This document shows positions 37,208 to 46,401 of a stretch of 64,000 nt of DNA, piece by piece. The DNA is from an uncultured Candidatus Saccharibacteria bacterium (GTDB lineage: Bacteria; Patescibacteriota; Minisyncoccia; Phycocordibacterales; WO2-35-19): assembly GCA_964589445.1 (NCBI GenBank), contig CAZPQX010000002.1, positions 352 to 64,351 of the forward strand, written 5' to 3'. The notes beneath the pieces were generated by a model. It was not told the DNA's origin. It ran no database searches and saw only the letters and a program-made list of their open reading frames with translations. Made by a program: the position numbers and the translations under genes. Every line of letters starts with the position of its first letter. The first letter of the stretch is position 1.

Positions 37208-37942
37208 ATGAAAATAATAACATTAAATATTTGGGGAGGTAGGGTTTATGAACCATTAATTAAATTTCTGGAAGATAATAAAAATATTGATGTTTTTTGT
37301 TTTCAAGAAGTCTATCATGAGGCAAATGGTAAGGAAGTTTTGTATACAGATGCTTCTCTAGATATTTTTAAAAAAATTAAGGATGTATTACCAGAATACA
37401 ATTCTTTCTATAGACCTTGTTTAGATGATTACTATGGTTTGGCTGCTTTTACCAAGAAAAGCTTAAATATTTTGGAGGAAGAAGAAATTTATGTCCATAA
37501 ACATAAGGGTTATAAACCAAGTGATCATGTTGGATTTCATGCTAAAAATGTTCAATATATAAAAATACTTAACAACGGAAAAGAAGTTAGCATTTTTAAT
37601 TTTCATGGTCTTTGGAATGGCCAGGGAAAAACTGATACAGAAGACAGGATTAATCAATCCCAGAATGTTAAGAAATTTATGGATTCAAAGACTGGAGAAA
37701 AAATACTTTGCGGTGATTTTAATCTTTTACCAGATACCAAAAGCCTTTCAATTCTGGAAAATGGCATGAGAAATCTAATAAAAGATTATGGTATAGAATC
37801 AACAAGAACCAGTTTTTATCCAAAACCAATTAAGTTTGCCGATTATGTTTTGGTTTCTCCAGGAATAGAAGTCAAGGATTTTAAAGTTTTACCTGAGGAA
37901 GTTTCCGACCACTCCGCTCTGTATTTAGAATTTTCAAATTGA
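37208..37942 (+). CDS. endonuclease/exonuclease/phosphatase (EEP) family protein
   Basis: MKIITLNIWGG, FCFQEV, C-terminal SDHSALY, typical of EEP. Confidence 0.75.
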   Translation: MKIITLNIWGGRVYEPLIKFLEDNKNIDVFCFQEVYHEANGKEVLYTDASLDIFKKIKDVLPEYNSFYRPCLDDYYGLAAFTKKSLNILEEEEIYVHKHKGYKPSDHVGFHAKNVQYIKILNNGKEVSIFNFHGLWNGQGKTDTEDRINQSQNVKKFMDSKTGEKILCGDFNLLPDTKSLSILENGMRNLIKDYGIESTRTSFYPKPIKFADYVLVSPGIEVKDFKVLPEEVSDHSALYLEFSN

Positions 37943-37985
37943 TATTTTTGTCTCTTTTTGATAACTTTTTTTAGGAGGTGTTGTC

Positions 37986-38192
37986 TTGGCGTGGGCACAA
38001 ATTGTTAAAAAAAGTGAACGGGAGAAAAAGTTGGAAGCCGTTCTCAAAGCTCTACTGAAGGAGCCGTCTATAGTACAGGCTTCCAAAATAGCTTTAGTAG
38101 GCAGGATTGCTAAAGAGTCCGGTGTTTCGGAAGAGGATGTCTGGTGGCTTACAGGTTTAGACAAGCCTGGGCCGCCTGTGCCTCAGGATTGA
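37986..38192 (+). CDS. small hypothetical protein (TTG start)
   Basis: AGGAGG SD upstream. Terminator at 38205-38228. Confidence 0.4.
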   Translation: MAWAQIVKKSEREKKLEAVLKALLKEPSIVQASKIALVGRIAKESGVSEEDVWWLTGLDKPGPPVPQD

Positions 38193-38278
38193 TTGCCCAA
38201 GAAAGGGCTCGCTTGGCGGGCCCTTTTGCATATCAAAATACAGAAAGAAAAATTGGCAAAATATGATATATTGAAATC

Positions 38279-40039
38279 ATGAAATCCGAAGAAATACGAA
38301 AGAGGTTTTTGGAGTTTTTTAGAGAAAGAGGGCACACTATTTTGCCTAGCAGTTCGCTTTTGCCTGAAAACGACCCTTCAGTCCTATTTACTACAGCCGG
38401 CATGCAGCCACTAGTACCGTACCTTTTGGGTGAAAAACATCCAGGCGGAAAGAGGCTCGCCAATATCCAAAAATGCGTTCGCACGGGAGATATCGATGAA
38501 ATAGGTGACAACACTCACCTCACTTTTTTTGAAATGATGGGCAACTGGTCGCTTGGAGATTACTTTAAAAAAGAAGCCATCGAGTGGAGTTTTGAGCTTT
38601 TGACTAGCAAAGAAAAAGGTTTTGGTCTCGACCCGAGGAGGCTCTACGTCACCTGTTTTGAAGGTAACGATGACGCTCCGAGGGACGAAGAGTCTGCAAA
38701 TATTTGGAAAGAAATTTTTGAAAAAAATGGCATAGGTGGTGAGAGGATATATTTCATGCCAGCCAAAAACAATTGGTGGCAGCCTGGGCCAAATGGGCCT
38801 TGCGGACCAGACACCGAAATGTTTTACGACCTTACGGGCGTGATTACGGACGGAATGACGAAGGAAGAATATTTAAAGGCAGATGACGCACAAAAAGTAG
38901 TTGAAATCTGGAACGACGTCTTCATGGAATTTTTGAAAAAAGATGACAAAGTGGTTGGGAAGCTTGAAGCCAAAAATGTAGATACAGGATCGGGGCTAGA
39001 GAGGATTTGCGCTGTACTCCAAGGAAAGACAAATGTTTTCGAGACAGATCTTTTTGAAAATATAATCGGGAAAATAAAAGAGATTGCCACCTCTTCTAAC
39101 TTAAAATCAGAGAGAGTGGTCGCTGACCATGTGAGGAGCTCTGTATTTATGATAGGAGACGGAGTAATCCCATCAAACACTGACCAGGGATATATATTGC
39201 GTAGGCTATTGCGTAGAGCGGTGCGACACGCAGATATTTTGGGAATTGAAAAAATGAAATTGTCAGAGATTGCATTGGTCGTGATAGACAAATACAAAGC
39301 TACTTACCCAAACCTCGAAGATAAGAGAAGTGAAATTGAAAGTGGAATAAAGGTAGAAGAAGAAAAGTTTAGGAAGACTTTAGAAAATGGTATGAAGGAG
39401 TTTGAGAAAGGAACTGACCCATTTGTTTTGTTCTCTTCTTATGGTTTCCCATTTGAGCTCACCAAGGAGCTTGCAAATGAAAAGGGTATTGAGGTAGACG
39501 AGGAAGATTTTAAAAAGAAATTTGAAAGTCATCAGGAGCTCAGTCGCTCTGGTGCTGAACAGAAATTCAAAGGGGGCTTAGGTGACACTAGTGAGATGAG
39601 TATCAAATACCACACCACTACGCACTTGTTGCATCAGGCGCTCCGAGAAGTACTCGGTACTCATGTAGAGCAGAAGGGTAGCAACATCACACCTGAGAGA
39701 CTGAGGTTTGACTTTGCCCACCCTCAAAAAATGACAGAAGAAGAAAAGAGTAGAGTCGAGCAAATCGTAAATCAAAAAATACAGGAAGATCTTCCTGTAA
39801 ATAAGGTGGTAATGAAAAAGGAAGAAGCAGAAAAGATTGGCGCACTTCATTTTTTCGGTGATAAGTACGGTGACGAAGTCTCCGTATATTTCATCGGCGA
39901 CTCTATCGAAAATGCTTATTCAAAAGAATTTTGCGGAGGCCCGCACATCGAACATACGGGCAGTCTTGGTAAATTTAAAATCTCAAAAGAAGAATCGGTG
40001 GCAGCGGGAATCCGCCGCATCAAAGCTATCCTCGAATAA
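38279..40039 (+). CDS. alaS: alanyl-tRNA synthetase, truncated form (catalytic plus editing domain, no C-Ala)
   Basis: N-terminal class II AlaRS motifs (FTTAGMQP, RTGD). Editing HxxxH...CGGPH. 586 aa. Confidence 0.85.
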   Translation: MKSEEIRKRFLEFFRERGHTILPSSSLLPENDPSVLFTTAGMQPLVPYLLGEKHPGGKRLANIQKCVRTGDIDEIGDNTHLTFFEMMGNWSLGDYFKKEAIEWSFELLTSKEKGFGLDPRRLYVTCFEGNDDAPRDEESANIWKEIFEKNGIGGERIYFMPAKNNWWQPGPNGPCGPDTEMFYDLTGVITDGMTKEEYLKADDAQKVVEIWNDVFMEFLKKDDKVVGKLEAKNVDTGSGLERICAVLQGKTNVFETDLFENIIGKIKEIATSSNLKSERVVADHVRSSVFMIGDGVIPSNTDQGYILRRLLRRAVRHADILGIEKMKLSEIALVVIDKYKATYPNLEDKRSEIESGIKVEEEKFRKTLENGMKEFEKGTDPFVLFSSYGFPFELTKELANEKGIEVDEEDFKKKFESHQELSRSGAEQKFKGGLGDTSEMSIKYHTTTHLLHQALREVLGTHVEQKGSNITPERLRFDFAHPQKMTEEEKSRVEQIVNQKIQEDLPVNKVVMKKEEAEKIGALHFFGDKYGDEVSVYFIGDSIENAYSKEFCGGPHIEHTGSLGKFKISKEESVAAGIRRIKAILE

Positions 40040-40060
40040 TTTTCCACAAAATATTTTATT

Positions 40061-41491
40061 TTGTGGGTGAAGAGCTGTATAATTAAAAGTATGGTAAAAG
40101 TTCAGTTTAGTGATGTACTTCCTCCTGACAAGAGGAGCATCCGCAACATATCAATCTCAAGACCAAACAAGAGAAGGAATATTGAAGTTGTAGAGACAGC
40201 AGGCTCAATGGATAAAGTAAATATCTCTCAACAAAGAGATGTTTACCCTAAGGCTCCTGTAGCTTCAATTCCTTCTGTAACAAGAGAGGTGCCTGAGACA
40301 AAAAGCAACCCTGCTTACGAATTTTATTATCCAAAGAAAGATAATCTAGGTTCGGGGGGAGGCGATGGCAGAAGAAAGACCTTTATAATAGGAGGTTTGG
40401 TCGTAGCTGCTTGTCTCATTTTTGTATTTTCCATGATGACAGTATTTTCTTCGGCTACTGTTTTGCTTAATCCCAAAAATCAAGATCTACAGGTGTCTCT
40501 CGATTTTACTGCTAGCAAAGACCCTATAGCTACGAGTACAGTGAGGTACGAGGTATTGAAGCTCACCAAGTCTGACAGTACTTCTGTTGAAGCTACAGGC
40601 GAAGAGTTTGTCGAAGAGAAGGCAAGTGGCAAAATAGTTATATACAATAATTTTTCTTCTGAACCTCAGAGACTCATAATCAGGACAAGGTTTGAGAGTG
40701 CACAAGGGCTTATATATCGTATACCTGAGTCTATAGTAGTGCCGGGTAAAACATCGCAAGGCCCGGGTAGTATAGAGGTGACGGTTTTCGCAGATGAAGC
40801 AGGAGAGAAATATAATATAGAAAAGACAGATTTTACAGTGCCAGGATTTAAGAGTGATGCAGAAAGGTACAAGGGTTTTTATGCTAGATCTGCTACAGAT
40901 ATGAGTGGAGGATTTTCGGGCAAAAGGAAAACCGTAGCCGCGGCTGACAAGAGTACAGCACTCGGCCTTTTGGATGCCAATCTTACTGAGGCGGTTTCAA
41001 AAGAATTTGATTCAAAAGTTCCAGAAGGGCTGGTATTGCTAAAAGATTCAATAGTTTTTGATTATAGGGAAACAGCTCAAAATGAGGATTCCTCAAGGGT
41101 GACTATAGGAAGAGAGGTGGATGCATATGCCATACTTCTAAACAAAGACGATCTTTCTAAAATGATATCGGCTAAGTATCTGGAGGGTAACCCGGAGTGG
41201 CAAAATATGCCTTCAATGATAAAAGATTTCTCTGGTCTAAGGGTGTCTAAAAAACCAAACGCAGTACCAAGTAATGGTAATATAAATTTAGGCATAGAAG
41301 GTGGTGCTACTATATTTGCTCATGTTGATGTAGATGCTATAGTAGCTAAGCTCTCTGGTATAGAGAAGAAAAACATAAATTCTCTTATCGAGAGCATGCC
41401 AAATGTATCAAGTATGAAGGTCACACTAAGGCCAATTTGGAAGCAGTCTTTCCCAGAAAACCCTTCAAAAATAGAGGTAAAACTGGAATGA
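40061..41491 (+). CDS. hypothetical membrane-anchored protein (start uncertain)
   Basis: One TM (IIGGLVVAACLIFVFSMMTVF) then a large extracytoplasmic domain. No motif recognised. Confidence 0.45.
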   Translation: MWVKSCIIKSMVKVQFSDVLPPDKRSIRNISISRPNKRRNIEVVETAGSMDKVNISQQRDVYPKAPVASIPSVTREVPETKSNPAYEFYYPKKDNLGSGGGDGRRKTFIIGGLVVAACLIFVFSMMTVFSSATVLLNPKNQDLQVSLDFTASKDPIATSTVRYEVLKLTKSDSTSVEATGEEFVEEKASGKIVIYNNFSSEPQRLIIRTRFESAQGLIYRIPESIVVPGKTSQGPGSIEVTVFADEAGEKYNIEKTDFTVPGFKSDAERYKGFYARSATDMSGGFSGKRKTVAAADKSTALGLLDANLTEAVSKEFDSKVPEGLVLLKDSIVFDYRETAQNEDSSRVTIGREVDAYAILLNKDDLSKMISAKYLEGNPEWQNMPSMIKDFSGLRVSKKPNAVPSNGNINLGIEGGATIFAHVDVDAIVAKLSGIEKKNINSLIESMPNVSSMKVTLRPIWKQSFPENPSKIEVKLE

Positions 41492-41563
41492 AGACAGAAT
41501 TAAGCCCATCTATTGACCTTATTATCCTTTTGTGATAACCTTCGACATTGTTGTTTCAATTTG

Positions 41564-41809
41564 ATGACAGAAAAAACAAGCCGAGCAAATAGTGTAGGAG
41601 TGGTGACGGAAAGTCTCCCAAATGCCCTTTTTCGCGTGTTACTCGAAAAAGAGCAAAAAGAAGTGCTTGCTTATCTTTCTGGAAAGATGCGACTCAACAG
41701 AATTAAGGTAATAATAGGTGATTCTGTGGAAATGGTGCTCGACCCTTACGGGGGTAAGGCAAGGATAGTCCGCAGGGTTGACGGTTATAGGCCACCAGCT
41801 GTATCGTAA
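41564..41809 (+). CDS. infA: translation initiation factor IF-1
   Basis: [42 protein letters not shown]1-like fold. Confidence 0.85.
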   Translation: MTEKTSRANSVGVVTESLPNALFRVLLEKEQKEVLAYLSGKMRLNRIKVIIGDSVEMVLDPYGGKARIVRRVDGYRPPAVS

Positions 41810-41821
41810 AATATATTTAAT

Positions 41822-41938
41822 ATGAAGGTCAAAGCCTCTATAAAGAAAATGTGTACAAAGTGTAAGCTCGTAAGGCGAGGAGGTATTCTCTTTGTTATTT
41901 GCTCGGGCAACCCAAAGCACAAGCAGAGGCAGGGATAA
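41822..41938 (+). CDS. rpmJ: 50S ribosomal protein L36
   Basis: [38 protein letters not shown] (38 aa; below the ORF-track cutoff). Confidence 0.9.
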   Translation: MKVKASIKKMCTKCKLVRRGGILFVICSGNPKHKQRQG

Positions 41939-41949
41939 TTTTAATACAA

Positions 41950-42330
41950 ATGAGAGTTTTAGGAATCACAATACCAGATGAAAAAAGATTAGAGATAGGA
42001 CTCACCGCTCTTTTCGGTATGGGTAGATCAAGAGCTCAGAGCGTACTTGATCAGGCTGGTGTGGATTGGGGCAAGAAAGCTAAAGACTTGAGCGACGAAG
42101 AAGAAAACAAAATAAAAAAAATAATTGAAAGCTACAAAATAGAAGGCGACCTAAAAAGAGAGGTGGCTGGAAACATAAAAAGACTGAAAGACATCAAAGC
42201 TTACAGAGGTATCCGCCACATGAGGTCCCTCCCAGCTAGAGGTCAAAGGACAAAAACAAATTCTAGGACCAGAAGAGGAAATGTAAGGAAGACAATGGGT
42301 ACTGGAAGAAGAGCCGTTGAGAAGAAGTAA
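41950..42330 (+). CDS. rpsM: 30S ribosomal protein S13
   Basis: MRVLGITIPDEKRLEIGLTALFGMGRSRAQ... Confidence 0.9.
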   Translation: MRVLGITIPDEKRLEIGLTALFGMGRSRAQSVLDQAGVDWGKKAKDLSDEEENKIKKIIESYKIEGDLKREVAGNIKRLKDIKAYRGIRHMRSLPARGQRTKTNSRTRRGNVRKTMGTGRRAVEKK

Positions 42331-42339
42331 TATAAAATT

Positions 42340-42768
42340 ATGGGAAAGAAAAGAATTGTAAAAACAGAAGAAGTGGCAGAGTCAAAAGTAGAGGGGGATG
42401 TTAAGGCTGGCTCAAAGAAAAGATTTGAGTCTGGTATTCTTTTTGTAAGATCTACTTACAACAACACATTGCTTACAATAGCTGACAAGAAGGGTAATGT
42501 ACTCGCATCTTCTTCGAGCGGTGCCTTAGGATTTAAGGGTGCCAAGAAGGGAACACCATTTGCTGCTGCAAAGGTAGGCGAGACTTTAGCTCTCAAAGCT
42601 CAGACACTAGGCCTTAAGGAAATTTCTGTAGTTGTGAAGGGCGTAGGATTAGGAAGAGAGTCTGGTATCAGGGGTTTTATTTCTAAAGGTATAAATATAT
42701 CTTCTATAAAGGACGAGACACCTGTGCCTCATAATGGTCCAAAACCTAAGAAACCAAGAAGGGTATAA
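42340..42768 (+). CDS. rpsK: 30S ribosomal protein S11
   Basis: ILFVRSTYNNTLLTIADKKGNVLASSSSGALGFKGAKK... Confidence 0.9.
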   Translation: MGKKRIVKTEEVAESKVEGDVKAGSKKRFESGILFVRSTYNNTLLTIADKKGNVLASSSSGALGFKGAKKGTPFAAAKVGETLALKAQTLGLKEISVVVKGVGLGRESGIRGFISKGINISSIKDETPVPHNGPKPKKPRRV

Positions 42769-42794
42769 TATTTAAATATTGAAACTAAAAGATT

Positions 42795-43400
42795 ATGAAA
42801 ATTGGTCCAAAATACAAAATAGCAAGAAAACTTCGAAGCAAAATATTTGAGAAAACTCAAACTCAAAAATATGCTGTGAGAGAAGAGAGGAAGCTCAAGC
42901 ACAAGCCATGGAGGCCAAAGACAGACTTCGGAAACCAGCTAAATGAAAAGCAGAAGGCAAGAATGTTTTATGTTGTTTCTGAAAAGCAGTTTAGAAATTA
43001 TGTCACAAAGGCTCTCTCTGATAAGGGTGGCTCTCCTGCATCAAACTTGCTCGGTCTTCTTGAAAAGAGGCTTGATAATGTAGTTTGGAGATCTGGTATA
43101 TTGCCTACTCACCTAAATGCAAGACAGGCTGTAGCTCACGGACACTTCTTGGTAAATGGTAGGAAAGTTTACACTCCTTCATATCACCTAAGAGAGGGAG
43201 ACAAGGTTTCAATAAGAGAAGGAAGCAAGAACAGTAAATTGTTTGGAGATTTTGAAGCAAAAGCAGCATCATTGCAGTTCCCTGGTTGGATGACTGTGAA
43301 TGCAAAAGATAAGGAGATAGTAGTAAAGTCAGACACTGTGACAGTAGACGGAGAACTCCTTTTCGATTTGGGCCAAGTTATAGAGTATTACCAAAGATAA
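42795..43400 (+). CDS. rpsD: 30S ribosomal protein S4
   Basis: N-terminal KYKIARKLRSKIF. S4 RNA-binding domain (LDNVVWRSGI). Confidence 0.9.
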   Translation: MKIGPKYKIARKLRSKIFEKTQTQKYAVREERKLKHKPWRPKTDFGNQLNEKQKARMFYVVSEKQFRNYVTKALSDKGGSPASNLLGLLEKRLDNVVWRSGILPTHLNARQAVAHGHFLVNGRKVYTPSYHLREGDKVSIREGSKNSKLFGDFEAKAASLQFPGWMTVNAKDKEIVVKSDTVTVDGELLFDLGQVIEYYQR

Positions 43401-43433
43401 TTATAAAAAATAAGAGCTTAATTTTTCAATAAA

Positions 43434-44414
43434 ATGACAACAGATAACTTTGAAAAATCCATAGTTTTGCCTTCAAAACCTAAAATCGTCTCCGAAGATG
43501 GCAACAAGGGTGTTTATGAGATAGACGGATTTTACCCAGGCTATGGTTTTACTATAGGAAATAGTTTGAGGAGGATCATCCTCTCTTCTCTTCCTGGTGC
43601 TGCTATCACATCTATAAAAATAAATGGTGTTGATCACGAATTTTCTTCTATCAAAGGAGTTAGGGAAGATGTGATCCTTATCATGCTAAATATGAAGAAG
43701 CTTAGAGTAAAGCTCCTTTCAAACGAACCTCAGACTTTGACTTTGAAAAAGAAGGGTATTGGACTCGTCACAGCTAAAGACATAGAAGCTCCTGGACAAG
43801 TTGAAATAGTAAATCCAGAACTAGAAATCGCAACTATCACTGACAAAGACACAGAGCTCTCAATTGAAATGACAGTTGAGCAAGGTTTGGGATTTGTAAG
43901 TAAAGATAGAGTTGCTAAGGACAGAGTGGATATAGGTACAATAGTTTTGGATGCAAACTTCACTCCAATAAGAAGAGTTAGCTACGAAGTTGAAAATATG
44001 AGAGTTGGAGACAGGACTGATTTCAACAGACTCAGGATTTCTATCGAGACAGATGGTAGCATCACAGCTACTGAGGCACTTGTAAGGTCTATCAATATTA
44101 TGATAGAACAGTTGCAGGCAATAACAGACTTTAAACCAGAGAAAGAAGTGGTAGAAGCGCAAGTTTTTGAAGCAGAAGAGAGTGAGGAGGATAAATCTAT
44201 GAAGAAGATTGACCTTGAATCTCTAAAGACAAGAATAGAGGACTTGAATCTTGGAGCAAGGACACTCAATGCTCTTGCTGGCGCAAACATCAGGACTTTG
44301 GGAGGTTTGGCAAGAAAGAAAGAGAAAGACATTTTAGAAATAGAAGGTCTAGGAGCTAAAGGAGTAGCTGAGATAAAGAGAGTTTTAGGAGAGAATGGCA
44401 TAACACTTAAATAA
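43434..44414 (+). CDS. rpoA: DNA-directed RNA polymerase subunit alpha
   Basis: N-terminal dimerisation domain (GYGFTIGNSLRRILLSSLPG) and C-terminal alpha-CTD. Confidence 0.92.
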   Translation: MTTDNFEKSIVLPSKPKIVSEDGNKGVYEIDGFYPGYGFTIGNSLRRIILSSLPGAAITSIKINGVDHEFSSIKGVREDVILIMLNMKKLRVKLLSNEPQTLTLKKKGIGLVTAKDIEAPGQVEIVNPELEIATITDKDTELSIEMTVEQGLGFVSKDRVAKDRVDIGTIVLDANFTPIRRVSYEVENMRVGDRTDFNRLRISIETDGSITATEALVRSINIMIEQLQAITDFKPEKEVVEAQVFEAEESEEDKSMKKIDLESLKTRIEDLNLGARTLNALAGANIRTLGGLARKKEKDILEIEGLGAKGVAEIKRVLGENGITLK

Positions 44415-44439
44415 GTTAGAAAAAGAGAATTAAAAAACA

Positions 44440-44790
44440 ATGAGGCATCACAACCAAAACAGAAAATTGGGAAGGGTCAGGAAGGTAAGGAGAGCGCTTT
44501 TGAATTCGCTCGCTAGGTCTTTGGTGCTTCACGAAAAAATAGAAACTACAGAAGCTAAAGCAAAAGAGCTAAGACCTTTCGTAGAAAAGTTGGTTACTAA
44601 GGCCAAGCTTGGTACAGTAGCTGCAAGAAGAGCTGTTTCAATAAAACTTGGTAAAGATGCTGGTAAGATTTTGGTTGACACTCTTTCAAAGCAGTATCAA
44701 GATAGGAAAGGAGGCTTTGTCAGGATAATAAAGAACAAGAGAAGGCTTTCTGATGGTAGTAAAATGGCTATAATAGAATTTGTAAAATAA
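44440..44790 (+). CDS. rplQ: 50S ribosomal protein L17
   Basis: MRHHNQNRKLGRVRKVRRALLNSLARSLV... Confidence 0.9.
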   Translation: MRHHNQNRKLGRVRKVRRALLNSLARSLVLHEKIETTEAKAKELRPFVEKLVTKAKLGTVAARRAVSIKLGKDAGKILVDTLSKQYQDRKGGFVRIIKNKRRLSDGSKMAIIEFVK

Positions 44791-44795
44791 AGAAA

Positions 44796-45140
44796 ATGGA
44801 ATACACAGTAGACGCACAAAATAAGAAATTGGGAAGAGTGGCAACTGAGATAGCTGTTTTGCTCATGGGCAAAAAGACTCCTGACTTCACTAAAAACGCA
44901 ATACCAAGTACTAAGGTCACTGTTTTGAATGCTTCAAAAATAGAAGTTACAACTAAAAAGATGCTTGAGAAGACATACAAAAACTATTCTGGTTACCCAG
45001 GAGGTTTAAAGGAGACTGTCATGAAAAAGGTTGTAGCAGATAAGGGTATGAAAGAGACTCTTAAAATCGCAGTAAAGGGCATGCTTCCTAAGAATAAACT
45101 TAGAGACAGGATGATGAAAAATTTAACAATCACAGAATAA
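44796..45140 (+). CDS. rplM: 50S ribosomal protein L13
   Basis: VDAQNKKLGRVATEIAVLLMGK...YKNYSGYPGG. Confidence 0.85.
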   Translation: MEYTVDAQNKKLGRVATEIAVLLMGKKTPDFTKNAIPSTKVTVLNASKIEVTTKKMLEKTYKNYSGYPGGLKETVMKKVVADKGMKETLKIAVKGMLPKNKLRDRMMKNLTITE

Positions 45141-45141
45141 A

Positions 45142-45552
45142 ATGACTACCAAGAAAACAGAAAAATACTTTGAAGGTGTAGGCAGAAGGAAGACTTCTGT
45201 AGCTAGAGTGAGGATAACTCCTTCTTCAAAAAATGTTTTTGAAATAAACGGTAAACCTCTCGTAGAATATTTCCCTACAAAAGAAATGCAGAGAGTGGTG
45301 GCCGATGCTATCCAAAACTTAAAAACACCTTCTACTTGGTCTGTATCAGCTAAACTTTCTGGTGGTGGTATACATTCTCAGTCAGAAGCTCTCCGTCACG
45401 GACTCTCAAGAGCTCTTCTCAAATTTGATGAAAGATCAACAAAAGAATCTTTAAAACCACTAGGTTTCCTAAAGAGAGATCCAAGAGCAAAAGAAAGAAG
45501 GAAATTCGGTCTCAAGAAAGCTAGAAAGGCTCCACAGTGGAGCAAACGTTAG
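45142..45552 (+). CDS. rpsI: 30S ribosomal protein S9
   Basis: GGGIHSQSEALRHGLSRAL...KKARKAPQWSKR. Confidence 0.9.
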   Translation: MTTKKTEKYFEGVGRRKTSVARVRITPSSKNVFEINGKPLVEYFPTKEMQRVVADAIQNLKTPSTWSVSAKLSGGGIHSQSEALRHGLSRALLKFDERSTKESLKPLGFLKRDPRAKERRKFGLKKARKAPQWSKR

Positions 45553-45572
45553 AGACTACCGAGGATTAGGGA

Positions 45573-45685
45573 GCAAAATAGCTTCCTTTGCTCGATACGG
45601 AAATTTTTTGCTAAAAATTTGCCTCTGTCTAGCGCCAGTCGCGCTCCGGAATCTCGCTCAGGAACTATTTTGCTCCCTAATCTGA
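45573..45685 (+). repeat. conserved intergenic element, copy 2 (upstream of grpE-dnaK-dnaJ)
   Basis: Homologous to 10546-10650. Core GCGCCAGTCGCGCTCCGGAATCTCGC at 45632-45657. Confidence 0.6.
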
Positions 45686-45740
45686 AAAATTAAAGAGGTT
45701 TAATTTATATAATTATTAAAATTAAGCTAAAATATTTACT

Positions 45741-46289
45741 ATGGAACACGAAGATGATATCCAATTTGATGAAAATATAGACGAAGAGGGGAACCACGAC
45801 CAATCTTCTTTGGTCAAAAAACTTCGTGAAAAGATTAAAAACTTAGAAGGGAAAAATCAGGAATATCTGACTGGTTGGCAGAAAGAGAGAGCTGAAGGAG
45901 TGAATTTGCGGAAGAGGCTCGAAGAAGAAAAAAAGGAATTCGCCAAATTTGCTAAAGAAGATATCGCGACAGAAATAATCCCCGTACTCGACTCGTTTGA
46001 ATCTGCATTTAAAAACAAAGAAGCATGGGAGAAGGTAGATAAAAATTGGAGGGTGGGCGTCGAGTATATACATACACAGCTCGTCAACGTCCTTTCTAAT
46101 CATGGAGTCGCGACGGTGAGCCCACTCGGTCAAACTTTTGACCCGCAGAGGGATGAGGCAATAGAAATGGTAGAAGTGGAGGATAAAAAAGACGACCACA
46201 AGATAATTGAGGTGCTTAGTGTGGGCTACAAAATAGGAGACAGGATAATCCGCGCACCGAAGGTAAGGGTAGGGGAATATAAAGGTTAA
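45741..46289 (+). CDS. grpE: nucleotide exchange factor GrpE
   Basis: Coiled-coil N-terminus and C-terminal beta domain (VLSVGYKIGDRIIRAPKV). Confidence 0.88.
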   Translation: MEHEDDIQFDENIDEEGNHDQSSLVKKLREKIKNLEGKNQEYLTGWQKERAEGVNLRKRLEEEKKEFAKFAKEDIATEIIPVLDSFESAFKNKEAWEKVDKNWRVGVEYIHTQLVNVLSNHGVATVSPLGQTFDPQRDEAIEMVEVEDKKDDHKIIEVLSVGYKIGDRIIRAPKVRVGEYKG

Positions 46290-46401
46290 CAATCTATATT
46301 ATACCAAATTTTGAAAAGACAGTCAAGTTAACAGAGTGTTGTATGAAGGGTATAATTTTAGCCGCAAATACTTTTAATTTATAAACTAACTTTAAATTCA
46401 C

